A stretch of 61,641 bases of DNA, counting the filler, from Asterionella formosa (Eukaryota), in assembly GCA_002256025.1 (NCBI GenBank). It is 25 parts of 25 records of this genome, joined end to end, with 100 filler letters (N's around TTAATTAATTAA, not from the genome) between each part and the next. Parts side by side here need not be neighbours in the genome. Positions count along the whole stretch, not along the records: positions 24,741 to 27,110 come from NKIB01015363.1; positions 27,211 to 29,587 come from NKIB01015364.1; positions 29,688 to 32,056 come from NKIB01015366.1; positions 32,157 to 34,532 come from NKIB01015367.1; positions 34,633 to 37,002 come from NKIB01015368.1; 20 more parts are not named here. One strand, written 5' to 3'. Below the pieces are notes generated by a model, which did no database searches, was not told where the DNA came from, and saw nothing but the letters and a program-made list of their open reading frames with translations. Positions 24,641-36,898 of the stretch are shown here, piece after piece. Positions within the stretch are counted from its first letter, which is position 1. Every line of letters begins with the position of its first letter. The position numbers and the translations under genes are program-made.

Positions 24641-25327
24641 NNNNNNNNNNNNNNNNNNNNNNNNNNNNNNNNNNNNNNNNNNNNTTAATTAATTAANNNN
24701 NNNNNNNNNNNNNNNNNNNNNNNNNNNNNNNNNNNNNNNNCCTGTTCGTCGTTTTGCACTGATAATGACATGATTGCTTGTAAACCAGGAACGGTATCAC
24801 AAGCAAAAGTGTAAAGACGATCTTGCACCTGCGTTTCAACTCATTACCAATCAAGAATTTAGCAGTTATATAGATTCTATACTACTAGTACATAATATGT
24901 GTAGATTTCCAACATGGTTTAAGGAATGGAAAATTATCAAAATATTCTGGAGGGAAGCCTGGAGGGATATGCACATCATTGTAGCCAGCCCATAACCATT
25001 GAATTTTCGTGATACTTCTTTTGGTGATACAATTTTGTTTTTGTTTCTGTGGAGAATGGATTTTTTCAGTAGCCATTATGTGATCCCTTTTCAAAAAATA
25101 TGATAGCAAATCGAAAATGATGCGTAAAATTTGTTGTAAATGGCTCCCTTAGCATCTTGTTCGGATTTGAACATGTGAAATACTCCATGTGGTACCAGCA
25201 AGTAGTGTGAGTACCCTGGTACATGGTACCTGGTACCTTGTACTCCTCCACCAGCCAGGTATCATACCAGAATACCCGCCCCATTTGTGATGTGACAGAT
25301 CTGTTCGAAGTACCGCCAGGGTACACA

Positions 25328-25429
25328 GTACCTGCAAGTTGCGGTAATTTTGCTTAAACTAACATTTTAATCTGGGATAAAGATAGCTAAATCTTTAGTT
25401 TCAGCAAAATTACCGCAACTTGCTGGTAC
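25328..25429. mobile_element. ~100-bp hairpin MITE with 35-bp TIRs
   Basis: GTACCTGCAAGTTGCGGTAATTTTGCTTAAACTAA (25328-25362) versus TTAGTTTCAGCAAAATTACCGCAACTTGCTGGTAC (25395-25429), 2 mismatches; diverged copies at ~11850-11983 and ~49565-49660. Confidence 0.8.
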
Positions 25430-26499
25430 CATGGTATTACTTGCAAAAATCAACCCAAGTTTTATTTTTCTGTACATAGGCCTCAAGTACAGTTCTTGAT
25501 CACCGTAAAAGAACAGTACTATACAAAAAAGAAGAAATCAACCCAGTTGCACTGATGGTTGATTTGTACTTCCTTTATGGCTGAAAAATCAACTCTGATA
25601 AATCGGAGAACAGCCAGTATGCATAAATATACCGGGTATGCACCTTAAGGTTCCTGCATTTCAACCCTAAGGCAAAAATGCTTAGGGTTGCCGAAATTCC
25701 CTGGAACTTAGAATTTATAGGAGCTATTTTTGAATGACACCCATGATTCCATTTGAAATATTCAAATCAGTGGAAATTTGTGCGTACGTACATAGATTCC
25801 TTTTGAAATAGCTAAATATATATATAGACATTGTAGATCGCTATATGTAAATATACCAACGATTATTTTTCTTATAAACGACCCGGTGGCTCGGCAAATA
25901 TTTGTAAGTGCACTCAACGAGTGGTACACGTATGATGTCCAATCATGATAATCTACTGGCACCCCCACTGGATATAGTACCAGCCTGCCCGTACACCCAA
26001 AAACATGTTACATTTGTATCCAATGTGGCTGGTGTGGGTTTTCAATTCCTCGTACAATCAAACATGAGTGAGTATTTCGCCATAGCCAATCAGTACATAT
26101 ATAATACTGCGCGCACTTACAATAGAATTTTTGGTACTGGAAATTTTACGACTAAATATTGCATCACAAGACCACCATTCCAATGATGACGTTTCGGCGC
26201 TAAGTGTTTCTGGTTGCGATATTTTGGAGACCGTAGAAAAGGCTGATTTTGTCGAATTTTTGGACAACGATATCTCAACGTTGGCTGGGTCTGAAAGATA
26301 TTTAGATACATAGGTAACCTTCAAATAGCATGCCGAAGTACATAAAATCAAAAACCCACAGGTGATCTAACATGTCCAGCAGAGGAGGTTGGATTTACAG
26401 GAATTCTTCTGATGCTTCATCGTTCAGGAACAGCCCCTGGCCTATGGATGTTGTTGACAGGCAGCGCATAAGTACAAGTGCATACCTTGGTACCATGGA

Positions 26500-27110
26500 G
26501 TACACTCCTTTATGACTTGGCCATCCAAAGGGCAGCCAGAACATTGTAGCTATGTTAAGCACAGAAGATTAATATGTCAGCTTAAGTGAAGGTGTCAAGG
26601 ATACTAAATTTGTTACAAGTCTATCGGATGAGGTTTATTTTGTTTAACTGCCTGCAAATATTGAGGAAGATAACACTGGAGCGAATTTATTAAGTAAGAA
26701 CCAACAATTTGGATCAAGGACAAAGCATATTGATGTGATCTAACATTTTGTATGTGAGAAGACTGAGGATGGATATGTTGTTCTTGTGGTCTATGTACTG
26801 ACATGTGAAAATCCTAGTGACCTTCTTTCAAAGAAAATAACACAGAAATTACATGAATCTCATGCATATGATATTTATAATGAGACAATGGAGTGTTGGA
26901 ACTGGAACCGGGAGGATCATGTCAAGATTTAGTGTGGCATGCATATTAGTTCAGTCAAACTAATCATTCTTGAATAATGTGCCAATCATTCTTGAATAAT
27001 GTTCCAGCCAAAATCCTGTATTAAAATACTGTGAGAATTTGAACAGCATGTGATTGCCAAGAACTATATAAGCAAACCAAGGTAAATATTTGAAAGGAGA
27101 ATGTTTTAAG
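26500..27110 (+). pseudogene. Degenerate Copia RNase H end, PPT and start of 3' LTR (~26920)
   Basis: Broken frames read STE..YVSLSEGVKD, EEDNTGA, QFGSRTKHIDV, ENPSDLLSK; GGGAGGA then TGTCAAG; LTR part matches 414-584. Confidence 0.8.
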
Positions 27111-27210
27111 NNNNNNNNNNNNNNNNNNNNNNNNNNNNNNNNNNNNNNNNNNNNTTAATTAATTAANNNNNNNNNNNNNNNNNNNNNNNNNNNNNNNNNN
27201 NNNNNNNNNN

Positions 27211-29587
27211 GATATTGAATATTGTCTGTCAAGATGGGATGATTAAGGAAACATGTAAGCAGAGGTTCATCATCTAATTCAATTGAAAAAGTAGAAGTGG
27301 AAGTTGATGTTGGAGATTTCGGTCCAATATCAATATCATCCTCCACCAAGACTCAAGCCTCGGGAGGCGAGAGATGGAATCTGCAATAGCATTGTCAGTC
27401 CCTTTCACATAATGAAAAGTAGGATGGTATTCTTCAATGTAAAGTCTCCATCGTAGAACACGTTGGGTATGTAATGTATTGTAAATAAGATTTCGATGAT
27501 CAGTGTGAACATGTAGAACTGCGCCCAATAACATAGAGCGAAATTCTTTGAAAGTTTCTACCACCGAAAGTAATTCTTTTTCAATAGTAGTATAATTTTT
27601 TTGAGCAGCAGATAGTTTGCGAGAATAATAAGCAACTGGGAGATCATTTTGCATAATGACCGACCCTAATTGATAATCAGAGGCATCAGTAAAGATATGA
27701 AAAGGAAGATTATGGTCAGGACAACGCATGAGTGTATCTGCAACTAACAATGCTTTCATTTCTTCAAAAGCTTGTTGATGGATAGGTAACCAGACAAAGG
27801 GACTAGTTCCAATTAAATCCGTAAGTGGTCCAAGAACATGAGATCGTCTAGGAAACATGTCTCGATAGTAAGTAACAGCACCGAGAAATGATCGAACTTG
27901 TTTAAGATTGGTAGGTGAAGACATATTAATCAATGCTCGGACCTTTTTAGACCAAGGTTTCAGTCCATTAGGAGTTAACCAATAGCCAAACCAATCTGTC
28001 TCTTGGACGGCTCATTCACACTTAGATGGATTAATTGTAAAACCATTTGTCTGTAAACGATATAAAATAGTGTCCAATAAATGAAGGTGATCTGAAAAAT
28101 TCATTGAAAAACAACCCAAATCATCAATATAAATTTCCACATCATCTAAATCACTAAGGATCTGTTCCATAGTTTCTTGTGCAATGTCAGATGATTGGTT
28201 CACCCCCATAGGGAGGCGTAAATATTTATATAAACCAAATGGAGTTGAAATAACACATAAGTTTTGACTCTCCACATCCAATGCAAAAGTATACATCTAG
28301 TAGTATTGCATAGAAACATCCAATTCGGTGAAAAATACATATCCAGCACGTTTAGTGAGAATAGTTTGTATTCGAGGCAAAGGATATATATTGCGATTGA
28401 TGACTTTATTAAGTTCACGAAAATCTGATACCCATCGGACACTTCCATCCTTTTTTGGAATAATAAAAGTGGGAGATGCCCATTTAGAAGCACCACATTT
28501 TTGGAGGACTCCAATATCACATAATCGTTGTAATTCCGTTTTGAAAACTTTTAAATGAATATGAGCGACCGGATATGCTCGTTGATGACAAGGGACAGCA
28601 TTTGATAATAATTCCAAATGTACCTGTTTATGAGGATAGACTTTTAATTTGCCATCAAATAATGTTTGATATTTAACCAATATAGATCGTAAACATGATC
28701 GTTGTATTGTTGTCAAATGTATCTGTTTATCCACCACTGTATCAATATTTACGTAATTATATTCAGCAGCTTTAATTTCCAGCGCATATGAAGATTCCAC
28801 AATCATAGGTGCATCGAATTATAATAATATATCTCGTAAACATTCTTTATCATCAAAGAATGTGAGAGGATGCATAGGAACAATCATATCCATACAGGAC
28901 ATGGTGTTATTTACGAAGTAAATGGTTAAACCAATTTGACTTAGGAAATCACGTCCTAAAATAACATCAAATGTGCATTGACCATTAAAGACTTGACACT
29001 TTTGTTGTAAAATATGAGCGGATCGATTAAATTCTGGTAAAATCAGGTCATATAGCATGACACTGGCATGAGATGAATAAAGTACCAGCTATGGTATGTA
29101 TTAATTGGGAAGTCTCGTCAGACAAAGAAATACCTTGAGGCATAACCCGTTCATGTATTAAGGATAACGATCCTCCACTATCGAATAATACTCGTAGTAT
29201 TTGATGTATCGGTATATTATCCACCAATCTTGGCGCTAAAAGGGACATCGGAATCAAATCAATTGATGTTAATATATCCTTAGAAGTAAAACAGGAAACC
29301 GGAATTGGGCCCTGATATGTATATGGAACATCATGTCCATCAATACAGTTATATATATCCCGCGTAACATTAACCGCGGTATCCATAGTGTATTCAACCT
29401 GTAAAAAACAATATTATTCAGGTGATGACTAACGTGAGATATACTCAACGAGTCATTATAAAAAGCATCGCTATTATCGCACATACCTCTGTAATGGCGA
29501 TCAGCAATCTGCTGTTGTATAGTAGGGACAAAAGTCACTAGCTGACCAGCAGGAGGGTTCGTGACCACTGACATTTCCTGGGCAGAT
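27211..29587 (-). mobile_element. Ty3/Gypsy pol (protease-RT-RNase H), disrupted by stops and frameshifts
   Basis: VLFDSGGS protease; WASPTFIIPKKDGSVRWVSDFRELNK, RLPMG and YIDD in [11 protein letters not shown] in RNase H; PR-RT-RH order. Confidence 0.95.
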
Positions 29588-30020
29588 NNNNNNNNNNNNN
29601 NNNNNNNNNNNNNNNNNNNNNNNNNNNNNNNTTAATTAATTAANNNNNNNNNNNNNNNNNNNNNNNNNNNNNNNNNNNNNNNNNNNNCAGACCATTTCTG
29701 TAAATATGATTTTTTAAAATTTTCATACTCCCATATGAGGGAGTGACCACCTCTATCCACCACTGCCCCATCTTACATGGGCCATGAAGCGCAATGAAGA
29801 CACATCAGGAAATAGAAAAGTAAAAATGTGCTACAAAAATGATTAATATACAATAAATATCTATATATATATCTATATATGTAACAATACTGTGTAGTCA
29901 TTGCAAGAAGTGCATGGCTGGCAAACAATGCTCCCGTCTGTAAATAAAAAACCATTAGGCCTAACAGTTTTGCTGTAAGACCCACTTCCCCAAAAATTCT
30001 CAGTATGACATCATATTTTT

Positions 30021-30112
30021 TGATTGATCATACAAAAAAACTGATTGATCATACAGAAATATTGATTGATCATACAGAAATACTGATTGATCATACAAAA
30101 AAACTGATTGAT
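30021..30112. repeat. 21-bp tandem repeat, ~4.4 copies
   Basis: TGATTGATCATACA(A/G)AAA(A/T)A(C/T) units at 30021, 30042, 30063, 30084, 30105. Confidence 0.92.
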
Positions 30113-31712
30113 ATCAACTAACGTTTTGGTGTTCGATCTAAAGATAATAATCGTGAGATCAAATTATTTATTCATTCAGTCTAAGCTTTGGAATGCTAAT
30201 ATCAAATAGAATTTTTAGCTTTCGATCTAACGTTCATTACTTCTGATCTAACTTATCTATCTCATTGATCAAACCTAGGTATTTTCATGTTCGATCAATG
30301 ATGAACCCAAATCGAATTAAATGGATTGCTATTTAATACTCAAATATTCTACTTCTGGTCACCCATTCTTTCCACTGTGCATCCTCTATCAGAATGAGCA
30401 CACAGTGGTCTTCAATACCTTAATTTTCACTTCCGGTAGCTATGTTTAGATCATTGCCTTTTCAAAATGATATGAGAGAGTAAACGAAATTGATGATGCT
30501 TTATTCGAACCTCTACAATTGCGAATGGCAGCAAGTCACATTCTCCAATGTTCTTGTAAAACTTTCCTGTAAGAGATAATAACAACAATGTTGGCAAAAC
30601 TGTTGCATCAAGTAAGCAAGGCATCTAAACGAAGATATGTGCAACGAAACGATCACATGAACAATCCATCACTCCAATTTCCGTATGACCAGGCAATGTG
30701 CATACCTGTGCTCTCATGGTTGATTGTTGCTTCCGTTAAGAATGGTAGCAAGCCACATTCTCCAGGGTTCCTGTAGAAATGTTCAACTATGTATACATTT
30801 AAACTTCTTACAAATCTTTATATATATGTATTCATGGCTGAAACATTTGAAATCATGTTTTCATGTTCCTTGTCATGCATTCACTTTGCTCCTGAATTGA
30901 AGGATTAACACAGATGATGACGCGGAAAACGAAAGTGACAATAAAGCACAATTATATTTGCGGCTTAGAAGAGAAGGGCGGAATCAATTGATGGTAAGTC
31001 AAGAGCAGATGCCTTTCATGTTCCTTGTCATGCTGCATCCACTTCCTCAAATGAAGGATCTCAAGCAACACATGATGCGAAAAACTGAAGTGACAATACA
31101 GCACGATAAGAATGAGTGAATATGATGGAAAATGGCGGAATCAACAAGCTGTGCATAGCATCACGGTTTGTCAAGAGCAAATGCCAGGATGATCAATTGC
31201 TGGGATTACAAATACGGAATGACTCGTCTCCTTTTAGTGATTCAATAGCTCCTTTTCGATTTGGTGGCTGGCCAACCATCAATGCGGACAAAAGAAATCG
31301 GTAAGTGCTGCCTATCAGCCATCTTTGGATCAATCCTCAACTGTTAGAAAAACTGACACATATGTGTTGCTTCTTTCAGGATAATGGTAGACAAACAGTA
31401 TTTGTAAGTTACAAAGAGCAGTGTTGGAGCCCATATATTCATCAATACTTTGCTTCTCATTCAATCTTCGACTGACACATTCTTCTACAGAAATATGCAT
31501 CAGTTACTTCCTCAATTTGTCGTAAGTGAAGCAAGATAGAAGCGAAATGAATGTTGTTGTGTAAGCAAAACATGAACAGCTAACAATGAATTGCTTCTCT
31601 TTGTTAGTATGGCTGATTGGAACAACGAAACGGATTCAATAGTAATAGGAAAATGCGTGAATGCAAACTCAGAACAGCACTCAGGAGTAAATGGAACAAA
31701 GCAGGGGAACAA

Positions 31713-32056
31713 CATCTAAGCCGCGTATTACGTGAAGTGACCATCACGTAAATAAGCCTAGTTGATTTTGAATGCATCACATGAATTAGTTGAATACATC
31801 AAAATACGTAGTTGAACATGTCTATATATTATCTGAATACATCACGTTAAATATTTGATCAAAGTATCATGCATGCATTCCTGATCATCACTATATTATG
31901 TGATCACCTTCACATAATTATTTGAAATACTTCACATAATTATTTGAAATACTTCACATAATTATTTGAAATACTTCACATAATTATTTGAAATACTTCA
32001 CATAATTATTTGAAATACTTCACATAATTATTTGAAATACTTCACATAATTATTTG
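31713..32056. mobile_element. CATCTAAG-ended element terminus (copy 2) with a 22-bp tandem array (31908-32056)
   Basis: Starts CATCTAAGCCGCGTATTACG; ~6.8 perfect copies of CTTCACATAATTATTTGAAATA run to the contig end. Confidence 0.88.
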
Positions 32057-32156
32057 NNNNNNNNNNNNNNNNNNNNNNNNNNNNNNNNNNNNNNNNNNNN
32101 TTAATTAATTAANNNNNNNNNNNNNNNNNNNNNNNNNNNNNNNNNNNNNNNNNNNN

Positions 32157-32478
32157 TACAGAATTAATTGAAGTATTTCAAATAATTATGTGAAGTATTT
32201 CAAATAATTATGTGAAGTATTTCAAATAATTATGTGAAGTATTTCAAATAATTATGTGAAGTATTTCAAATAATTATGTGAAGGTGATCACGTAATATAG
32301 TGATGATCAGGAATGCATGCATGATACTCTCATCAAATAATTAACGTGATGTATTCAGATAATATATAGATATATTCAAGTAAGCATTTTGATGTATTCA
32401 ACTAATTCATGTGATCCATTCAAAATCAACTAGGCTTATTTACGTGATGGTCACTTCACGTAATACGCGGCTTAGATG
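32157..32478. mobile_element. CATCTAAG-ended element terminus (copy 3, opposite orientation) with a 22-bp array (32169-32283)
   Basis: Reverse complement of 31713-32056 with a few substitutions; ends CTTAGATG. Confidence 0.88.
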
Positions 32479-33033
32479 TAGACATACTATCTACCACAAA
32501 ATGCAGAGCTCCGGAACATTCCAAAGCACCAATTTTCACGAGCATTGGATAGTTCAGCATGAGACCATCCTCAGCAGCCAATGTCTCCTCTCCATGACAG
32601 AAACGGCTGAACTCAATCCAAGAGACCCTACATTTGGAAGATGCTGATCAAGTTCCCGTTTTATTGCAAGTATTTGAGGAAGTTACTGGCTTACAGCGCA
32701 TATTTTTCTATACATACATGAGTATATTTTCCCCCCAAACCGTGATTATTTTTACTCCGTTTATACTACAGAAACTATTTTCGTATCACAGACCTTTTTT
32801 GCGCGATGCAGTATGCTTTTTGCGCTTGCATCATCACCGAATTCTTCTGATGCATTATGTATTCGAAAGCACAATGACGTCGTACACACATTTAATCATG
32901 CTAAATTAATTCTATGGCAAGAATTTCTCCAAATACATGTGCACGTGTAGAAAGACGATGCCAGCTCAATAGAGTAAACATGAAATTTTCCATTTTTCGC
33001 AATTTCGCGTCGACAGCAACCTTTGGGCCGTAA

Positions 33034-34532
33034 GAGCATCTCCACCGCATCGACCAAATACCAAAGCCAATTGCAGTTGAAAATATCAATACACGTCACT
33101 TGGTTGAGAAATATTTTATCAATAGTCGAATTTTTCATATTTTTTCCCACCGCATCGACCAAATCCTAGAATAGTCAAATCTCGCGCCAAAACTTTTAGC
33201 GAATAGAAATAGCACTAGAATGTTGTTACATGTGTATCGTTATATTAATAAACCCGATTGCTACCAATAAGAAAATGATGGGACACACTGTGTGGTTTGT
33301 GGTAGCATACCAGGGTACTCTTCCATATCTGCCTGATGAAATGAGCAACGATAGCGACTCATCAGATGACGACCGCTCCTACACTTCCGTACATACCAGT
33401 TAAATATAGCTATACAGGAAGAAAACGAGAAAAGGCAACCGAAGGAGGAGGCGGAGGATTAAAGGAAGTCGCTTAGCTACCGGTAGTCTGTACCTGTAGT
33501 TTTTTGAATAATTGTAGCACCACGTTTCCAGCAAATTCCTTATTCTTACGCAGCTAGTACTACGCCTATCTAAACTGCCCATCAAAAACTAATATGACTA
33601 TGCATTTGTATAATGGTATTCTAGAATAGAAAAACCTTCCGTTTTTCCAATTAGCTTGAGTGATAGCCTAGCTTTCTAATCAATCATACTAGCATTGACA
33701 TGTAATCTATATTTTTTTTCCTTCATTTGGAATCATCTACTACATCAAAATCATCAGTGGTGGATGACAGGTGGGACAGTGGAGTACTGGAAGCACTTGA
33801 ATTATTGAGATGCAATTGGATCACACCTAATCCCTCCTTCATTTTTTTCATTAAACGACTTGCCTTTATTGGCGTAAAACCCTTCGATAAATGGCACAAC
33901 TCTCTTGGATACATTTTTTGAATTCTTCAGCTGATTAATCAACCATCGACCCAGTAAACTGTTACACAATATACCCATGGCATAACTTCACATAATGCAG
34001 AGCAAACTTGAGCATAATGTTGATCTGCAGGCAAGGGAAGAAGATATCGATACTAGCCAGGGACATGCAGCAGTCTGCCAACAATGACACATCACGGTAC
34101 ACGAGGAACAATGCTGCCTTGATGAAACTCGCACATCGCTATCGATTGTTTCTCTTGACAGCGCCAAAATAATCCAACTTTGGTTATGTCTGAAACCGAC
34201 GATGAATCATCCTCATTGGCTGCTGCTCCTGCTCCTTCTGCTCCTTCTGCTCCTCCTGCTGCTCCTTCTCATGTGGTAGCATCCTGCTTCGACAACAATG
34301 GATGACGATATCTTATTGGGATCGTCAAAGACTCGAAGGGGACAACCTTTTATAGATAGCTGCCGGTATTATTCAAAGGTTTTTGTACTTAAGTTCATTA
34401 TTTGTCTACATCAAGAGAGTAAGGTAAATGTGTATTGTAAGCGTTTGTGGATCAATTAAACAGTTGACGTTATGTTGCCGGCGCTTGCCACAATCTAAAC
34501 CAATAGAAATACTCCTTTTATTTGGCTACGGT
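33034..34532 (-). mobile_element. Degenerate PIF/Harbinger element
   Basis: TAA followed by TIR GAGCATCTCCACCGCATCGACCAAATACC at 33034; ~34470-34532 is the reverse complement of the subterminal region at 43921-43985 of the other Harbinger; no intact ORF. Confidence 0.7.
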
Positions 34533-34632
34533 NNNNNNNNNNNNNNNNNNNNNNNNNNNNNNNNNNNNNNNNNNNNTTAATTAATTAANNNNNNNNNNNN
34601 NNNNNNNNNNNNNNNNNNNNNNNNNNNNNNNN

Positions 34633-35150
34633 CCTTTCCTTCTATTTCTATATTGTACTTGCTCGACTTATTGCTGTAGACTATTTGTAGCTGCTCCGAA
34701 ACGGAGAAGGCCATTGCGGCACATCTCAATTTTGACTCACTACGGCGACATGCAAGGTTAAAATATGCAACAGCTGTTTCTGAACGAAATAACGGATTCA
34801 ATTCCTTATTGTCAGCTACTCAGCATCCTTTCCTTCTTTTTCTATATTGTACTTGCTCGAGTTATTGCTGCAGACTATTTGTAGCTGCTCCGAAACGGAG
34901 AAGGCCATTGCGGCACATCTCAATTTTGACTCACTACGGCGACATCCAAGGTTGAAATATGCAACAGCTGTTTGTTAACGAAATAACGGATTCAATTCCT
35001 TATTGTCAGCTACTCAGCATCCTTTCCTTCTTTTTCTATATTGTACTTGCTCGACTTATTGCTGCAGACTATTTGTAGCTGCTCCGAAACGGAGAAGGCC
35101 ATTGCGGCACATCTCAATTTTGACTCACTAGCTACGGCGACATGCAATGC
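34633..35150. repeat. 194-bp tandem repeat (~2.7 copies)
   Basis: TCTATATTGTACTTGCT at 34647, 34841 and 35035; homologous in reverse complement to the 193-bp repeat at 39571-40225. Confidence 0.93.
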
Positions 35151-35467
35151 TAAACGATGCTCAACGAGTACCAACGGTACTTTATTTCTAATCTGGCAGG
35201 CTATTGTAATCTCTTCAATCAACAATGACTAAACAATGTGTCTACAACATCAACTACTACTAGCTACGTGTGCTGAATTCTACAGTGTGAATCTTCCTCT
35301 TGCATGTGTTATTCTTTGCCAGTTCAGATCAAAGTGATATGTCGGAGCGGAAAAAATAATAAGTGTATCGGAATTGGCGACTCTTTCGTTCATTATATGG
35401 TGAAAGCAGCATAATATTGCGGCGGAGCAGCATAATTTCGCTTTTATACTGTTGCGATGGCTAGTTA

Positions 35468-35696
35468 GTCAACATATATTGTCACGAACACACATAATTA
35501 TTGGTGTGATCACATAATTATTCGATAAGTGAAATAAATTTTTGTTTAACCCGAATAAATTAGGGAAAAAGTAGCATAATATTTCAAAAAAGTAACATAA
35601 TATTTTAGAAAAGTAACATAATATTTTAAAAAAGTAGCATAAATACGTCACTTTAGACATAAATTCGAAAAAGTGCCGTAAACGGCGTCTTAGATG
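35468..35696. mobile_element. Diverged CATCTAAG-type terminus with 21-bp subterminal repeats
   Basis: Ends ...CGGCGTCTTAGATG; contains CACATAATTATT motifs and ~4 copies of AAAAGTA(A/G)CATAATATTT (35566-35644). Confidence 0.65.
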
Positions 35697-36898
35697 TTGG
35701 GCGATGTCTCGCAGGCCTCCCACCTAATGCAGTTGATTTCGCGGTTCTCCCACCACATTTTATTTATGGTATGGAAAATGATGATGTCAAGCAGGCATTA
35801 CAGATATGTTTTGGTTGCATCATTGACTTGTATGAGGAGAGACAAAGTGGGGGTATAGTTGGTGTTTTACTCTACTTCCTTGCATCAGTTGTTTATCACA
35901 TGGATGCCTTTGTTAAACCTGTAATTGAGAAACAACCAAACCACCCATTTTCAGCAATTCCACTATTGCAATATCCTGGCCTCCTTCAGCGCTTGAAAAA
36001 ATTTGTGACACTTGATAGAACTGACAACATGCCCCAAGCCACAGGGATCCCACCACATATTGATCACTCACAAAAATTGAGTGAGATTCTTCTAAAAGTC
36101 ACTCAGATAACATCAATGATGATGCATCAGACAGAGGAAATCAAAGCTTCTGTAGTTCAAGCAATTGAAGAGCATGACATCCTTGGTGGTGTCATTACAA
36201 TCGATTTTCTAAACAGTCGGTTGAAAGAGCATCACAAACAGCTTGAACAGGTGCTTTGTGATCAGCTTCAACAAGGTGGAATAACAAATGATCAGGTAAC
36301 TCGACCACTCCCTGAACAAGAACACCAACAAGATGGGATAGATCATACTTTGTACTGCTATGATGGAAAGTTTTGGCAGGTCCCAAGGGGTTGGCAGTTT
36401 CCTGAAAAGATTCTCCGCCGGCCAGGGTGGAGTCTATGGCTAAATGGACAACCAGGCATTGTCAGACCATTTCGCCTTCTTGATCCACCGTCACTATCCC
36501 CTGACAAGAAGCTCCGGGATAGACTGAAATTAGAGTGGAGACCAATTTTCCAAATGATGGAACAAGCACCAGACATGGAGATTCCAACAGGGTCACACAA
36601 TGTTACACCAGAATTTGTTGAGCAATCATTTCTGCAGGGAACTTATTATCTCAAGGCAAGAGCTGGATATGTTTGGGAGCGTTCAACAAGACCTGAAGTT
36701 CTTACTATCAGCTCATGGTCTAAACATGTTCAGCGGAGTAACATTGAGAAGTTTGGGAATGATAATGACCGTGCCAATCTTCCACCTCCAGATCGGCACA
36801 ATGCTCCCCACAGCAATATACGGCAGCGGCGGCGCCAGCTTGCACCTAAGGTACTTGATCAAAGAAGAAGAGTTTGTCAGAGACACAATTCTCCTTGA
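35697..36898 (+). mobile_element. Crypton-type tyrosine-recombinase element, C-terminal part (5' interrupted by an insertion)
   Basis: Frame extends upstream of the called ATG to GRCLAGLPPNAVDFAVLPPHF, the post-catalytic motif of stramenopile Crypton-like YR proteins; LASVVYH, ATGIPPH, VPRGWQFP, WSLWLNG and RPFR follow. Confidence 0.78.

Noticed and set aside
31908..32283. 22-bp repeats on both sides of a spacer resembling a CRISPR array or giant palindrome
   Set aside because: Head-to-tail repeats with no spacers, no cas genes, eukaryotic context; the inverted arrangement spans an artificial contig join
33723..33990. Harbinger nuclease remnant (VYWVDG...MYPR)
   Set aside because: Only a weak resemblance to the YxLxDGxYP motif, interrupted by stops; not listed as a CDS
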